Made by a program: the position numbers and the translations under genes. Shown in pieces: positions 12,806-26,690 of a DNA stretch of 64,000 nucleotides (position 1 is the stretch's first letter; every line of letters begins with the position of its first letter). The stretch is from contig MCFH01000007.1 in NCBI GenBank assembly GCA_002104945.1, positions 1-64,000 on the forward strand. Direction: 5' to 3'. The notes below the pieces were generated by a model. The model saw only the letters and a list, made by a program, of their open reading frames with translations. It searched no databases and was not told where the DNA came from. Source of the DNA: Piromyces finnis finn. Its lineage: Eukaryota; Fungi; Neocallimastigomycota.

Positions 12806-15800
12806 ATGGATAATATTGATGAATTAGTTAGAATATTTCAAAATGTTGGTTTAGCTGAAAAGAAAGCTATTGAAACAGCCAACAACAAGAAAATTGGACC
12901 AATTTTTAGTACCGCTATTACTGAAGTAATAATTAAAAATGAAATAATATTTTTTTTCATAAACTATACAATTTGATAAATAAATAATATTCAGTGGAAA
13001 ATAAATTTTGAACTTCATATATTAATAGTAGAATTAAATTGATATATTATTTTATCAGACATAGTAATTTATAATTTATTTTTAAAATATGCTATATAAA
13101 TATTAGGCTGGTTTACAAGAAGGATGTGATAAGACTACTGGTGCTTTATTATATTTCCTTGCTGGTAAGATTCCAAAAGATTCTAAGCACATTGGTTACA
13201 TTGCTAAGAAAATTGCTTCTAAGGATTTAGCTTCAAACGATCAAGTTCAAGGTAAAAATATATATTTATTTAATATAAATATGAAAATTGTTTTTTTTTA
13301 AATAAAATTTATCTGTGTAATACATTATTCAATATTTATAATTATAAAAATACAAATTGTTATATATAAAAAATAATTTATAATTTATTCATTTATTTTT
13401 TTTATTCTTATAATAATTATAGCTGCCGTTAAGTACGTAGCTGATGTTGATGAAATCAATGAAGCTAAATTTAATGAAGAATGTGGTGTTGGTAATTAGA
13501 TATTTTCAATAATATTTTCTTAAAAATATAGATAATTATATATTATTATTTATTATTTGTGTTATAATAAAAATTCCTTTTTTATTGTAATTTAAATTAT
13601 GAGTAAATTAATATAAAATAGATTATTAATATATTATATAATTCTTTAAATTAATTTACATTATAAAAAGGTGTTGTTGTTACACCAGAAGAAATTCAAG
13701 CTGCAGTTAAGAATTTATTAGAATCTAAAAAAGATGAGTTAGTTGAAAAGAGATACACTTTCGTTGGTCCTTTACTTGCTAATCTTCGTCAACAATTAAA
13801 ATGGGCTAATGCTTTAATGTTAAAGGAAGAATTAGAAAAGGGTGTTGTTGCCCTTATTGGTCCAAAAGATGATAGAGATGATCCAAAGAAGGTTTATATT
13901 TTTTTATTTTTATTGAAATTATAAATAAGATAAAATATAAAGTATTTAATAACTTTTTAATTTTATTATATTAAAATAATTAAAATATTTTATTGAATAT
14001 ATTATATCGATTTGAAATATAAAATAGAAAAAGGCTAAGGCTAAGAAGGAAAATAAGAAGCAAGCTCCAGCTGCTCAAAAGAAACAAGCAGGTAACACTA
14101 GTAAGGCTTGCCAATTAAATCTTGATTTTATCTTTGAAGGTGAACTTTCTAAGCTTCATCAACCAGGAGGTAACAAACAAATTAAAGAATCACTTATGGA
14201 AGAACATTTAAAGGCTACTGGTAAAAAGGTATATACTCGTTTCCCACCAGAACCAAATGGTTTCCTTCATATTGGTCACGCTAAGGCTATTAATGTTAAC
14301 TTTGGTTATGCTCAAGCCCACGGTGGTGTTACCTATTTAAGATATGATGATACTAACCCAGAAGCTGAAGAAGAAAAGTACTTCACTTCAATTCTTGAAA
14401 CTGTTAAATGGTTAGGTTTCAAACCATGGAAAATTACTTACTCTTCTGACTACTTTGACCAATTATATGAACTTGCTGTTGATCTTGTCAAACGCGGTAA
14501 GGCTTATGTTTGTCACTGTACTGGTGAAGAAATTAAAGCCCAACGTGGTGGTGAAGACAAAGGTCCAAGATACGATTGTCCACACAGAGATCGTCCAATT
14601 GAAGAAAATTTACAAGAATTCCAAAACATGAAGGATGGAAAGTACAAGGAAGGTGAAGCTACTCTTAGAATGAAGATGGATATGCAAAATCCAAACCCAC
14701 AATTCTGGGATTTAGTTGCTTATCGTGTTATGTATACTAAGCACTACCGTACTGGTGATAAGTGGTGCATCTATCCAACTTATGACTTTACTCACTGTAT
14801 TTGTGATTCAATTGAAAACATTACTCACTCCTTATGTACAACTGAATTCAGAATGTCTAGAGATTCTTATTATTGGTTAGTTGATGCTCTTGAAATCTAC
14901 AAGCCAGTTCAATGGGAATACGGTAGACTTTCTATTACTAACACAATTCTTTCTAAGAGAAAGTTAAACAAGTTAGTTAGTGAAAAGATTGTTAATGATT
15001 GGGATGATCCAAGATTATTTACTTTACCAGCTCTTCGTAGACGTGGTTTCACTCCAGAAGCTATTAATGCATTCGTTCGTGATGTTGGTGTCACCACTGC
15101 TAATACTATTATTAATGTTACACGTTTAGAAAACTATGTTCGTGATCATCTTAATGATATTGCCCCAAGAATTATGACTATTATGGATCCATTAAAGGTT
15201 GTTATCACTAATTTAGCTGATGATTTCGTTCAAGAAATCACTGTTCCAAACAAGCCACGTGATGAATCTATGGGTAGCCATAAGGTTCCATTCACTAAGA
15301 CTATTTACATTGACCGTTCTGACTTCCGTGAACAAGATGATCCAAACTACTACCGTCTTGCTCCAAACAAGACTGTTGGTCTATTATACGTTGAAAAGCC
15401 AATTACCTGTACTGAAGTTATTAAGGATGGTGAAGGTAACATTGTTGAAATTAGAGCTAAATATGAAGATCAAGGAGCTAAGAAGCCAAAGACTTTCATT
15501 CAATGGGTTGCTGATTCACCAAAACACAATTCACCAGTTGAAATTGAAGTTCGTGAATACTCTAACCTCTTCCTTCACGAAAATCCAATGGATTCTACTG
15601 CAGTTCCAGGTGGTTGGTTATCTGATATTAATCCAAACTCTTTAACAGTTATTCCAAAGGCTTTTGCTGAAGTTGGTATCAAGGATTGTAAGGTTGAAGA
15701 TAAATTCCAATTTGTTCGTGTTGGTTACTTCTGTGTTGATTCAGACTCTAAGTTAGATGGTGATTCAAAGAAGATTGTTGTTAACCGCACTGTTTCTTTA

Positions 15801-15824
15801 AAGGAAGATAGTGGTAAGAACTAA
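12806..15824 (+). CDS. GLN4: Glutaminyl-tRNA synthetase with eukaryotic N-terminal domain; 5 exons
   Basis: TRFPPEPNGFLHIGHAK (HIGH), LRYDDTNPEAEE, YPTYDFTHC, LSKRKL, WDDPRLFTL, FQFVRVGYFCVD; N-terminal exons MDNIDELVRIFQNVGLAEKKAIETANNKK joined by GT-AG introns. Confidence 0.97.
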
Positions 15825-16293
15825 ACAAAAAATAATTGTGATAAAGTAAATATTTCTTTCAAGTCATTTTAGATATTCTATCATATTAATAATATGTTAA
15901 TTAATAATATTCATGTAATAATTATTATGTATTTTGAAGAAAAATGTAAAATTAAGTAGTTTAAATATGTAATAATTTTATAATTTTAATCATTTTTAAT
16001 ACAAAATGTAAACTACATTTAATTAAAAACTGAAAAAAAAAAAAAAAAAAGTAAAAATATACGCAATAAAAATAAAAATATAAAATATAAAATATAAAAG
16101 AAAAAATTTTTTATTATCTTTATTTTAAATTTTTATTTTTTTTATTTTTTGGAATTGAATATTTATTTTATACTGCAATAATATTTTCTATAATATTTAC
16201 TCTATTAATTCTTAATTTTTTTTTTATAAAGGTTATATATTATATTTTTTTTAATTTTTCTTTTTGTCTTTTTTTATTTGTTCGTTTTATCTT

Positions 16294-16597
16294 TTAAACA
16301 ACTTCAGCACCGAGAACAGTTAAAAATCCGCCAACTAAATGTAAACTACCAGTAGTAAGAATGTTATAGTTAAGTTGAGAATTTGAGCATTTTTTACGAA
16401 TGGTTTTAATTGCTGTTTCGATAGATTCTACAACATAAATATTTTCTCTTGGGAATTCAGGAGCTAAGGTTTCCCAAGCCTTTTGAAGTTCCTTCTGAAG
16501 GCTTAAATCTTCATCTTCAGGGTGAGTAAAGTTTTGGAAATCTTATTATTTTATACCATAAAAATTATTTCAATTGTTATATATTGAAAAAGTAAAA

Positions 16598-16679
<82 letters not shown>

Positions 16680-19124
16680 TATTATTATTATTATTTTAAG
16701 ATTTTCTTTTAAATATTTACCTTTTTTATTATTACTTGGTTCAGAATAAGTGTTATTAGTTGTGAAAACAACATTCTTAAAGTTGTATGGTTTTAAGAAA
16801 TCAATAATTGGCTTCAATAAAACAATACCTTGGCGACCATTAGTACAATTGAAAACTAAAGAATATTCTTTAGCAAAAGTATTATCAGCAGTTTCAATAA
16901 CATTTTTAAACCATTTAGTGCAGGCTTCAAGACTTTCTACAGTGTGTGCACCATCTAAATTCCATTTAATATTGGTTTGTTCTTTATCATAAAAGATTTG
17001 AGCACGACCTGGCCAGTTAGTAACTTCTAAACCCTTAATGACACCATTAATGATAGTCTTATCATAAATATCAACGTTGTATTGAGTTTTTAAGAATTGT
17101 TTACAAACATGGAATGCAACTGAAGCATTAATAAATTGATGTTCACCGCTTAATCCTATTTATTATAATTATTATAAAAATATTTAGTTATTAATTAAAA
17201 AAAAATAATCAAATAGGTTTGCAAGTAAAATTGAATAATTTAAAATGAGAATATTATAAAATTCTACTACTTGCCTAACTTAATATTTTTAAAAGTTTCA
17301 GTGTTTCTTATATCATCAGCAATAATTAATTCTTTTCCCTTTTCATTTATATATTAAAATAAAGGATTTTTAATAATTATATATAATAAAATAATAGTCT
17401 ACAAATTGTTCAATATATATTTTACTTGAAGCTCAGTAGTTCTTTCTTTGACAACTTCTAAAGCTTCTGGTAATTGATTAGCACTAACAACAGGAACACC
17501 ATTCTTAAAAAAAAATTAAATAAAAATAAAATAAATTAACTACTTGTAATTGATAATTGTTTAATTTAAAAATATAGCTATTAATTTCTTATACGTCTTT
17601 ATTTAATTAAAATTACTATACATCTTCGTTATTATTATTATTGTTATAAAATTTTAATTTACCTTTATAATACCACTTTTATGCCAAGCAATTTCTTTTA
17701 AAGTATTACCTAAAACATGTTGATGATCAATACCAAGAGAAGTTATAGCACTAACTATTGGTTTTTCGATAATATTGGTAGAATCATATTCACCACCAAT
17801 ACCACATTCTATGATAGCAACATCTACCTTTTTCATTATTTATTTGATATATAAAATATTATTACCAAATAAATATATTAATATAAGGTGGAGTAATAAA
17901 TATTTATGAAAATAAAAACTAAATGAATTATATTAAATTTACATTTTCTCTAATAAAAGTATGGAATGCCATTAAAGTTAAAAATCTGAAATAGGTTGGC
18001 TTTTCAGCTTGTTCGTTTTTAAGAGCTTCCTCCTATATATATAAAGTTCAACAATATAAAAAAGAATTAAATGAATTATCTTTTTTTTTCATTCTTTGAT
18101 AATAAACTTTAGATTTTTACTTTAGTTTTTTCGAACATTTCATATGTTTCAAAGAAATATTTTGTGAAAAGTTCTTTACTTAATGGTTCACCGTTAATTC
18201 TAATTCTTTCTCTAACTTCCATAATATGAGGAGAGGAATATAAACCTTATAAATCATAAATAGTATTTTATATATATATATATATGTATTAATCAATTGA
18301 TAATTTTGATATTAATATTAATTATAAGTTATATAGCATATTTTTAAATTAAATTTACCAGTCTTTAAAGGCTTATTTCCTTTACTTGAAAGTGTTACAT
18401 TTCTTAAAATTGAATTGCAAAAAGCGCAAGTAGAACCTTTTCCTTTTGTACCAGCAACATGAATAATATTTAATTTATTTAAATCTTTTGGCTAAATTTA
18501 ATATTATAAAACTTTCAATTAATTATTTTTTTTTATTATTTGGTAACAATATCATTATCTTATGGATAATTGATTTTAATATATAAAAGAAATATTATTA
18601 TAATTTTCAATTTTCTTTACCTCATAATTCAATCTATTAAGAAATTCAATGGTTTCGGGAAGACTGTATTTATTAATGTTTCCTCTAGATTTCTTAATTG
18701 CCTCTAAAACTTTCATGTTAGTTTGGAGTGAATTTAGAGTTTCAACAGCATCCTTCGGAAATAATTTTAAATATATTTTTAAAAGATTCCAAAAACAATT
18801 TAATTATTAAAGCATAATAAAAAGTATTCATAATACGTATGTTAAATAATAATAATAGTTAATAAGAAATATATATATTATATATAATTAAAAAGAAGCC
18901 ATTATAAAAATGTTCAATAAAACTAAAAAAAAATAATTTTATTTTTAATAAATTACATTGTAGGTTTTATTTTGGTAATTCATGACTAAAAATCTTTTAT
19001 TTAAATTATTTTTAATTGATATATTATTAAATTTATTTTGAAATAATGTGCAATATTTAATTTGCTTTATATATGTTTCTCTAAATGAAAAAGATTTATT
19101 TTTGGTTAATAAACCTATAAACAT
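16294..19124 (-). CDS. MET7: Folylpolyglutamate synthase, multi-exon; two in-frame ATGs (19124 and 18983)
   Basis: [28 protein letters not shown] (P-loop), [71 protein letters not shown]. Human ortholog FPGS. Confidence 0.93.
16601..16695. repeat. Compound trinucleotide microsatellite (TTA)n(TCA)~15(TTA)n in the last FPGS intron
   Basis: Read directly; it explains the spurious poly-Met/poly-Ile ORF 16551..16817. Confidence 0.95.
17156..17274 (-). other. Non-canonical GC-AG intron in FPGS
   Basis: The exon ends AAG TTA G|GCAAGT and the next exon starts AATAG|GA TTA AGC GGT GAA CAT CAA, giving KLGLSGEHQ. The nearby GT donors give a frameshift or a stop. Confidence 0.85.
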
Positions 19125-19332
19125 ATATTTTTTGATATACTTCAATTTTATTCAACCACACAAATAAAATAGAACATATAATTTATATATTATTGCTATT
19201 TAATATAAATAATTGAATATATTCTTTATTATTTATATTGATTAACAATTATTATATATTTAGCGAATTAAAAACATATATTAATAAAATCAGTTAAAAT
19301 TAAATTATTTATAAAATTTGATTATTCAAAAA

Positions 19333-19484
<152 letters not shown>

Positions 19485-19768
19485 AATAATTAAATAATAG
19501 TTTAATAGAGAAAGAGTATAATATTAATAAATCGATTGTGATAACATTTAATAATTATAATTTAATGAATTTTATTTAAAAAGATAATTGTTTTAAATAT
19601 ATTACAAATAGAGGATAAATATTAGTTTATATATATATAAACTAATAGACATATAGTATTTAAACATATTAAAATTATTGTATTAACATTGTTAATATTG
19701 AAAATGATTATTTTAGATAAGTATAATTATTGGAGTAATAAATATAGATTTTAATTAATATCAAGCTT

Positions 19769-20184
19769 TTAAAAAATATCGGTAAATTTTCTTTGATATT
19801 GAATAAGCTTATTGTATGACTCTAAATCTGATATTATTTATTATATAAAAAAGATTAATTATTTTTACATTGAATTTGTAAAATTTTATTTTTCTTTACA
19901 CTTACCAAAATTATCTCCTAAACTTAATGCAGGTGATGTTTCAGTAATAGAATCATCACCAGTTACTTGTCCAATAACTTCGACAAATCTGCTATTTTCA
20001 TATGGTGCTCTCATCTATTGTAATAATAATTTTAATATTTAAAAAAATTAACCTTTGGAATTTTTCTTAGAAAACTATAATTTAAAAATAATATTTTATA
20101 TTCTACATGGTTTACGGTAACATTAATATTTCCTTGATCACTAGTAGTTAAAAAGATTGTGTTATTATTACCCTATTATGAGAG

Positions 20185-20222
<38 letters not shown>

Positions 20223-20549
20223 TATTGATTGAAAATATATTATACATTTTTTTTTTTTTTTTTTATTTTGTTTTATTTTGTTAGTTTGGTTTTAATCAAA
20301 CAATTAAGTAATATAAATAAATTATTTAATTTGAATAAAATATACAAAAATAATTGAAATGAGTAATAATTCGTATAATTTTTGTTATAAAAAAATATGT
20401 GTTGATATAAATTTAATTAAATTGCTCATATTATTTTCCATTATTTTACATACGGTACTAAGAACTTGTCCAACAACTCTTACAATTCTATCTCTGTATT
20501 CTCTAAACATAGAAGAATTAATACGTGGAATAACTACTGAATCTTCCAT
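19769..20549 (-). CDS. RPA3: Replication protein A 14 kDa subunit (RPA3/Ssb3); 4 exons
   Basis: Spliced: MEDSVVIPRINSSMFREYRDRIVRVVGQVLST|GNNNTIFLTTSDQGNINVTVNH|MRAPYENSRFVEVIGQVTGDDSITETSPALSLGDNF|DLESYNKLIQYQRKFTDIF*. Pattern PRI......V.VVG.V ... FVEVIG.V ... G.NFD...YN fits Rep_fac-A_3. Not in the ORF track. Confidence 0.88.
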
Positions 20550-21524
20550 TGTAATTTTAATTTCTTATCTATAAAAATAATTTCTTTGGTAAAAAAAATT
20601 TTTTATTTAAAAAAAAAAAAAAAAAAAAAAAGGAAAAAAATTTAATTTTATTTATATATTAATATAATTTTTTTTTTTTTTTTGGTGGTGATGCTACCTT
20701 ATTTTTGTCCTTTTTATTTTATTTTATTTTATTTTTTAAGAAAAAGAAACACAATTAGGATAATAAATTTATAAACGTTAAAAAAATATATATATATATT
20801 AATAATATATAAATATAAAGAATTATGTATTTTTCTTTTATTATTTTACTTTATTTTATTATTTATAAATTTTTTAATTTTTTAATTTATTTTTTTTTTA
20901 TTTAAGGAAAACTCTTGTAAAACGATTTTTCTTATATAGTATGTAAATTACATTTATTAATATTTATTATTTATGATATTATTTTTAAAAATCGGGTTTA
21001 TTTTTTTTGTCTTGACTTAGTATATTTTAGTATATTTCGGTATTCAATCAAAAATTATTATTATTACTTTTTTCTTAATTATTTTTATAGCTTTTATAAT
21101 CTTAAATTAATGCAATATATTGTTTTTTGGCTTTTTTTTTTTTTTTTTTTTCTGTTTGTTTGTTTCGATTTTTTTTTTTTTAATATTTATATTATGAAAT
21201 GATGATGTGAATGATATAAATGAAATTAAATACAATGATTATTGCGTAATTAGTAGTAATAAATAAATAAAAAAGAATGAATGAATAAATGAGAAAAAAA
21301 AAAAGTTTGATATTAACATTGTTGTATAATTTTTTCTCTCTTTTAATCATTTTATTATTTTTTTCTTTTCCTTTTCTTTATATATTATTGTACTATATTT
21401 TTTTATTTACTTTAACTCTTATTATACTCTAGTTATATATGTATGTATCCTACTCTAAATTAAAATTCATTGCTTAGTTTATTATTTAATTTTTATTTTT
21501 ATATTTTTATTCATTTTAATTCTT

Positions 21525-24244
21525 CTATTCCTCTCTTGTTTTTAATTCATTGCTTTCATCTAGTTCTAAAATATAATCTTTATCATTTGAAATATATACA
21601 TTTTTAAAATTATCTTTTTTGAAACTATTTTTAGCATCTTCATTTATATCTGATGAAACTTTATCCTCTAATATTTCAGAATTTTTGCTTTCATCTTCAT
21701 CCATTGAAATATTGTTTTCATCATTTTCTAGTGATTTATCTTTTGTAATATTTTCAATCTCTATTTGAGATTTATTATCTATATTTTCATCTATGTTTTT
21801 GGCATTATTTTTTTCTTTTTCTTCTTCTACTTTCTTTAATAAATCATTATATGTTTTTTCAGGTCTAAAAACGGGTACACTTGGATCCAATTTATGCATT
21901 TCTTCTAAACGTGATACAAAATCAAAATACTCAATAGAGAAAAGATAAGAATTACTCATTCCTACTACTGGTATAGATGGTTTACTATAACCGAAAAGCA
22001 TTTTTTCATATTCTTGTAGTGCGATTGCAAAGCCATCATTTGGTCTATAACATAAAAGTATTAATAAAAATTTTTTTATTTAATACTACTAAAATACATA
22101 TTTCTATTTATTAATAATATATATTACAATTAAAAACTACCTGATAATTGGTCTAATTTTAAAAGTGGAACACCAAGCGTCATAAAGAGACATGCCTTTG
22201 TATCTCATAAGATAAGCAAGAATAATAGTTGAACTTCTTGATACACCAGCATGACAATGAACTAAAACATTTTCATTATTTAATCTAGCCTTTTCTATAA
22301 TATCATTTGCTCTTTTGAAAAGTTCTTTAATAGGTTCTCTTGGAAGATCAAATATATCAAAATTATAGAAATTAAACTTGGAAGGGTCAGTATAAGATAT
22401 ATTGAAATCAGTACCTAGACGAATAATATGCTTTATATTATACTTTATTAAATGATGTTCTTGAGAAGTATATAAACTTCCAAGATATAAGAATGGTGGG
22501 CAAACCATTAATGGTACGTCATTAGAATTATCCATGGCATACCATACATTATGAATGAGGTATCTTTGGAATTTTCTAAGTTTCATAATTTCTTCGGTTT
22601 GATTATTTTTTAAAAGTTTGCTGTTATTATTGTGATCGACATTGACACTTGCCATTTGTCTTGGGTCATAACATGCCATACTATCAGTGACTTTATCACC
22701 TTCAACCTTTGTTGCAGACTCGGATAGATCTGTTATTTCTTCATCAATAAATTCACTATTCATAATATTTTCATTATTGCCTACTTCATCACTGTTATTC
22801 TCAGTGCTAATGTTATTATTTTTTAGTGTTTCTTCTTCAATTGTTTGATAATCCATATCAACTTCGTTGGCAATAATTGAATTTGAATTATCATCATATC
22901 CTGAATCATTAATTTTTCTCTTTTTATCAATTTGTTCATACCCAATATTACTAGAAATTTCTGTTTTGTTATTAGTATTCATGGTTGTTTTGTTTTCCTT
23001 AGAAACAGAATTACTATTTATCGATTCTGTTTCGTTATTATTATTAATAATAATATCATTGTTTTGATATTGAGAATCATTTGTCATAACAACATCATTT
23101 AATGTTAAATTGCTTGTTTCAGCTGTATCATTTATGGAATTTTCTTTCTTAAAGATAATATTGTTATCATTGGATTCATAATCTTTAGTATCTCTGATGT
23201 CGACCATTTCGATAGAATTGGTATATGGTTCATTAAAAGTATTATTATTATCTATTGTTCTATAAAGACCTTCATTATAATAATAATCGTCATCATCATC
23301 GTCGTCATCATATTCATCATCTTCATTAAATTCTTCTGATACACAAAGCATTGGGTAATCTTTCATAAATGATAAAATACCATCTTTTAGCATGAAAGCC
23401 TTTAATAAAATATTTAATGATATTATAAAATAGTTATTATATTAATTTAAAATAATTAGTATAAATAACAGTGATTCTAATGTAACATATGAGTGTAGTA
23501 TATTATTCTCTAGTTTATTTTTACTCTTATACTTAAATTGTTTTGAATAATTACCTCACAACCCCATTTTGCTTCAATGCAAATTTCAGTAAAAGCTCTA
23601 GCACATTGACTCTTACCATCATCATCAAATATAATAATGGTACTATCATCCTTTCTATCCCATTGATCTTCGAAAACAAGATAGCAAGCGTTATAAAGTT
23701 CCTTTTTAATATCTATATAATCAGTTACATCTTTAAGTTTAATGCAAGCTTGCTTAAGATTTGGAAACATCTGAGCACCACAAATTGAAAAATTTGAGTA
23801 TATAGATAAATCAATCAATAAAACATTCATGAATGCTGTACGATCTTTTACTAATTTTTCAAATAATTCTTTTGAAGAAATTTCATAATTTTTTGAATTA
23901 AAAATATCATCATTATAAAAAAAAGCTGGATTTACATTTAAAATTTTTTCAGTATCAAATTGTAAACATTCATTTTGAAAGGAATCAACTAAAATTGAAT
24001 TATCAAAATTTGTCATTAATGATTTTAAATTTGGATCTTGTTCAAAACTGTAAGTAAATTCATCTTTTTCATTTTCTAAAGGAGCTGAAGTAATTTCTTC
24101 CATTTTGTTGATTGTTTGATTTTGTTCATTACATTCATCCTTTTCATTTTCAATGATTTCCTCTTTTAAATTATTTTTGTAATTCTTTTCTCTTGGAATT
24201 GTTAATGTAACTTCTTCCATTTTATCATCTATTGTTGTTAGCAT
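21525..24244 (-). CDS. Dual-specificity (MAP kinase-type) phosphatase with N-terminal rhodanese-like domain; 3 exons
   Basis: Catalytic VLVHCHAGVSRSSTIILAYLM, PFLYLGS, IIRPNDGFAIALQEYE; upstream VLLID..IIIFD..FMLKDGILSF..DYP.LC resembles the MKP rhodanese domain. First true ATG at 24244 (the ORF-track start at 24298 is TTG). Confidence 0.85.
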
Positions 24245-24982
24245 TTTGTCAATTAAATATAATTTTTGAAAACTAGTTTCAAAATCAAAATAAATCAATA
24301 ATGAAAATAAATTTAATTATATAATTATATTTAAACAAAAATAAAATTTAGTTTATATATTTAAAAAATCTATTAACTTAAAATGTAAACATTATATTTC
24401 AATAAGTGCATAAAAAAAATACTAAAATTTGTTATTATAATAATAATTATTTAATAAGAATTGTATAATATTTATTTATTTACTTATAAATTATTAAATA
24501 AGTAATTATTTTTTATTATTTATTATTTTTTTTCTTTACCTTGTATTAAATATTTATAATAATACGAATAACCAGGCGTGTAAATATATATAAAGTAACT
24601 ATCGAAATTGAAATTTAATTAAATTTATTTTATAATTTACTAGATTCTTGTTTTGATTTTTAAACTTTTCAGATAAAATTTATAATAATCTTAATCACAT
24701 ATGATATTATTATTTATTAAATGAATTCTATCGTCTAATTTAATATTTAATAATAAAGATATTTCTAATAATAAAAAACACTAAAATTTTGATTTTATAG
24801 AAATAAATCAAATGGAAAATCTATTTTAGAATATTTATATGTTTAATGTTTATTAAAAACTGTATAAAGACTTTTATTGATTAACTGAATATAAAAAAGG
24901 GTTATATATATTTGAATGTCAATTAAATGAAAATCAAAATAAACAGCGATATGAATGTTATATGGATAATTCTTATGCTGTT

Positions 24983-25013
<31 letters not shown>

Positions 25014-26690
25014 CTTAGTTATTTGTTTACTTTATTTAAAACTTTCTAATTAAAATTCTTCTCTCGAAAAATATTGGTTTATTAAAAAATTTTACTTCTA
25101 TCGAATTAGGAATGATAAACTTTATCAATAATAAATTATTTTGTTTGAATAATTAATTTTCAAGTAAATAATATATAAATTAAAATATAAAATAAAAAAT
25201 AAAAAAAAATAAATTAAAACTATTATATAATATTAAATAGTAATAATATATATTATTTACATAAATTATATTAAATAATAAATATTAGAAACTGTATTAT
25301 ATATTAAAAATAATTACTATGAATAAAAAGATAAATTATAATATATTATATAATATATATATTTATTATATACTTTCGAATAATTTTAATAAATGTCAAA
25401 AAAATAAATATATATCTGAATATAAGATTCTGTGTAATTTTTTATGATATATTAATATTTATTGGACTTAAAAAAATATGAGCTTATTGACAATGAAAAT
25501 ACACATGTATTTTATCAAGTAAAAATATTTTATTTTCTATTTTATGTGATGAATTAATATTTATATGTAATAGTAGCATAAATTATCCCCTATATTCTAA
25601 ATTCTATAATGTATTTTATAAATTGTATACATTTTATACATTAAATAGGAAGAATTAATTTTTTTTAATATCCTTCAATATTCCTATATTAAACAAAAAA
25701 AAAATAATTTAATAAATTAGAAATACTTCCAATAATATCTTGGGAAAAGGTATAATAATCCTAGATAATAATCCTATCAATTAATTCATGAATTTCATGG
25801 ACACAAAAAAAAAAGTTAGGAGAAATTAAATAATGAAAAAATGAAACCAAAACTAAAATTTATAATAATAAAAATTTAAAATATTTTTTTTTTAAAAAAA
25901 TATTTTATATTCCACATAAAAATGGATTTTCCAAATAATTAAAATAAAAAAAACTTTTACATAATATATATTATATATATAATATATTATAGTATTAATA
26001 CTTTCAATACAAAAAATTAATAGTTTATGAATTAGCTAAAAAATATGAAACTAACATAATATATCTTAAATTCATTTATTTTTTAAATATTAATGTGTTT
26101 TTTTTCTATAAAAATATTATGAATTATTAATAAACTATTTATAAGGTTAATATTAATTGACAATTAATCTCAATTAATTCACAATTATATTTTATGAAAT
26201 ATTAATCTTCTTGTAGTCTTTGAATACTATTCAACCTATAATTATACTTTTTTTATAATTTTCTTTTAAAAAAAGTTTATCATTTTACATTACATTAATT
26301 TACAATACATATAATGTATGTAAATGAAAAGAAAAGAATATATGAAAATTAAAAATAAATTTTTTTATAAATAAAGAAATAAATAAGAAATAAAAAAATT
26401 GAAAAATTGTATTATCATTTTCAAATAGTAAATTAAAATATAATTAAAATACTATTAAAATACTAATAATCATAATAGTTATTAAATATATACACATGAA
26501 ATCACTTGATATTGATAATATATAAAATATCTATAAAAATAAATGAATAAACATTTATATTTTTAATTCCAAATATTCAAAAAAGTATTATTAATATGGT
26601 TGTTATAATAGCAAATAATTAAAAATGAATTCGAATAATGAAAAAAAAAAGATAAGGTATTTTTTAACTTAAAATGATATATAAATATAC

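Noticed and set aside
14909-15645. ORF-track entries 14909..15097 (-) and 15220..15645 (+)
   Set aside because: Antisense or alternative-frame shadows of the GLN4 exon; no independent motif.
16551-16817. Poly-Met/poly-Ile ORF
   Set aside because: Translation of the (ATT)/(CAT) intronic microsatellite plus part of an FPGS exon in the wrong frame.
24940-25015. Imperfect hairpin followed by a long T-run, resembling a bacterial intrinsic terminator
   Set aside because: Eukaryotic context, weak stem, and T-runs are ubiquitous here.
25660-25830. Decayed-looking coding patch on the minus strand, faintly LRR-like
   Set aside because: Has stops, and the similarity is too weak to name without a search.
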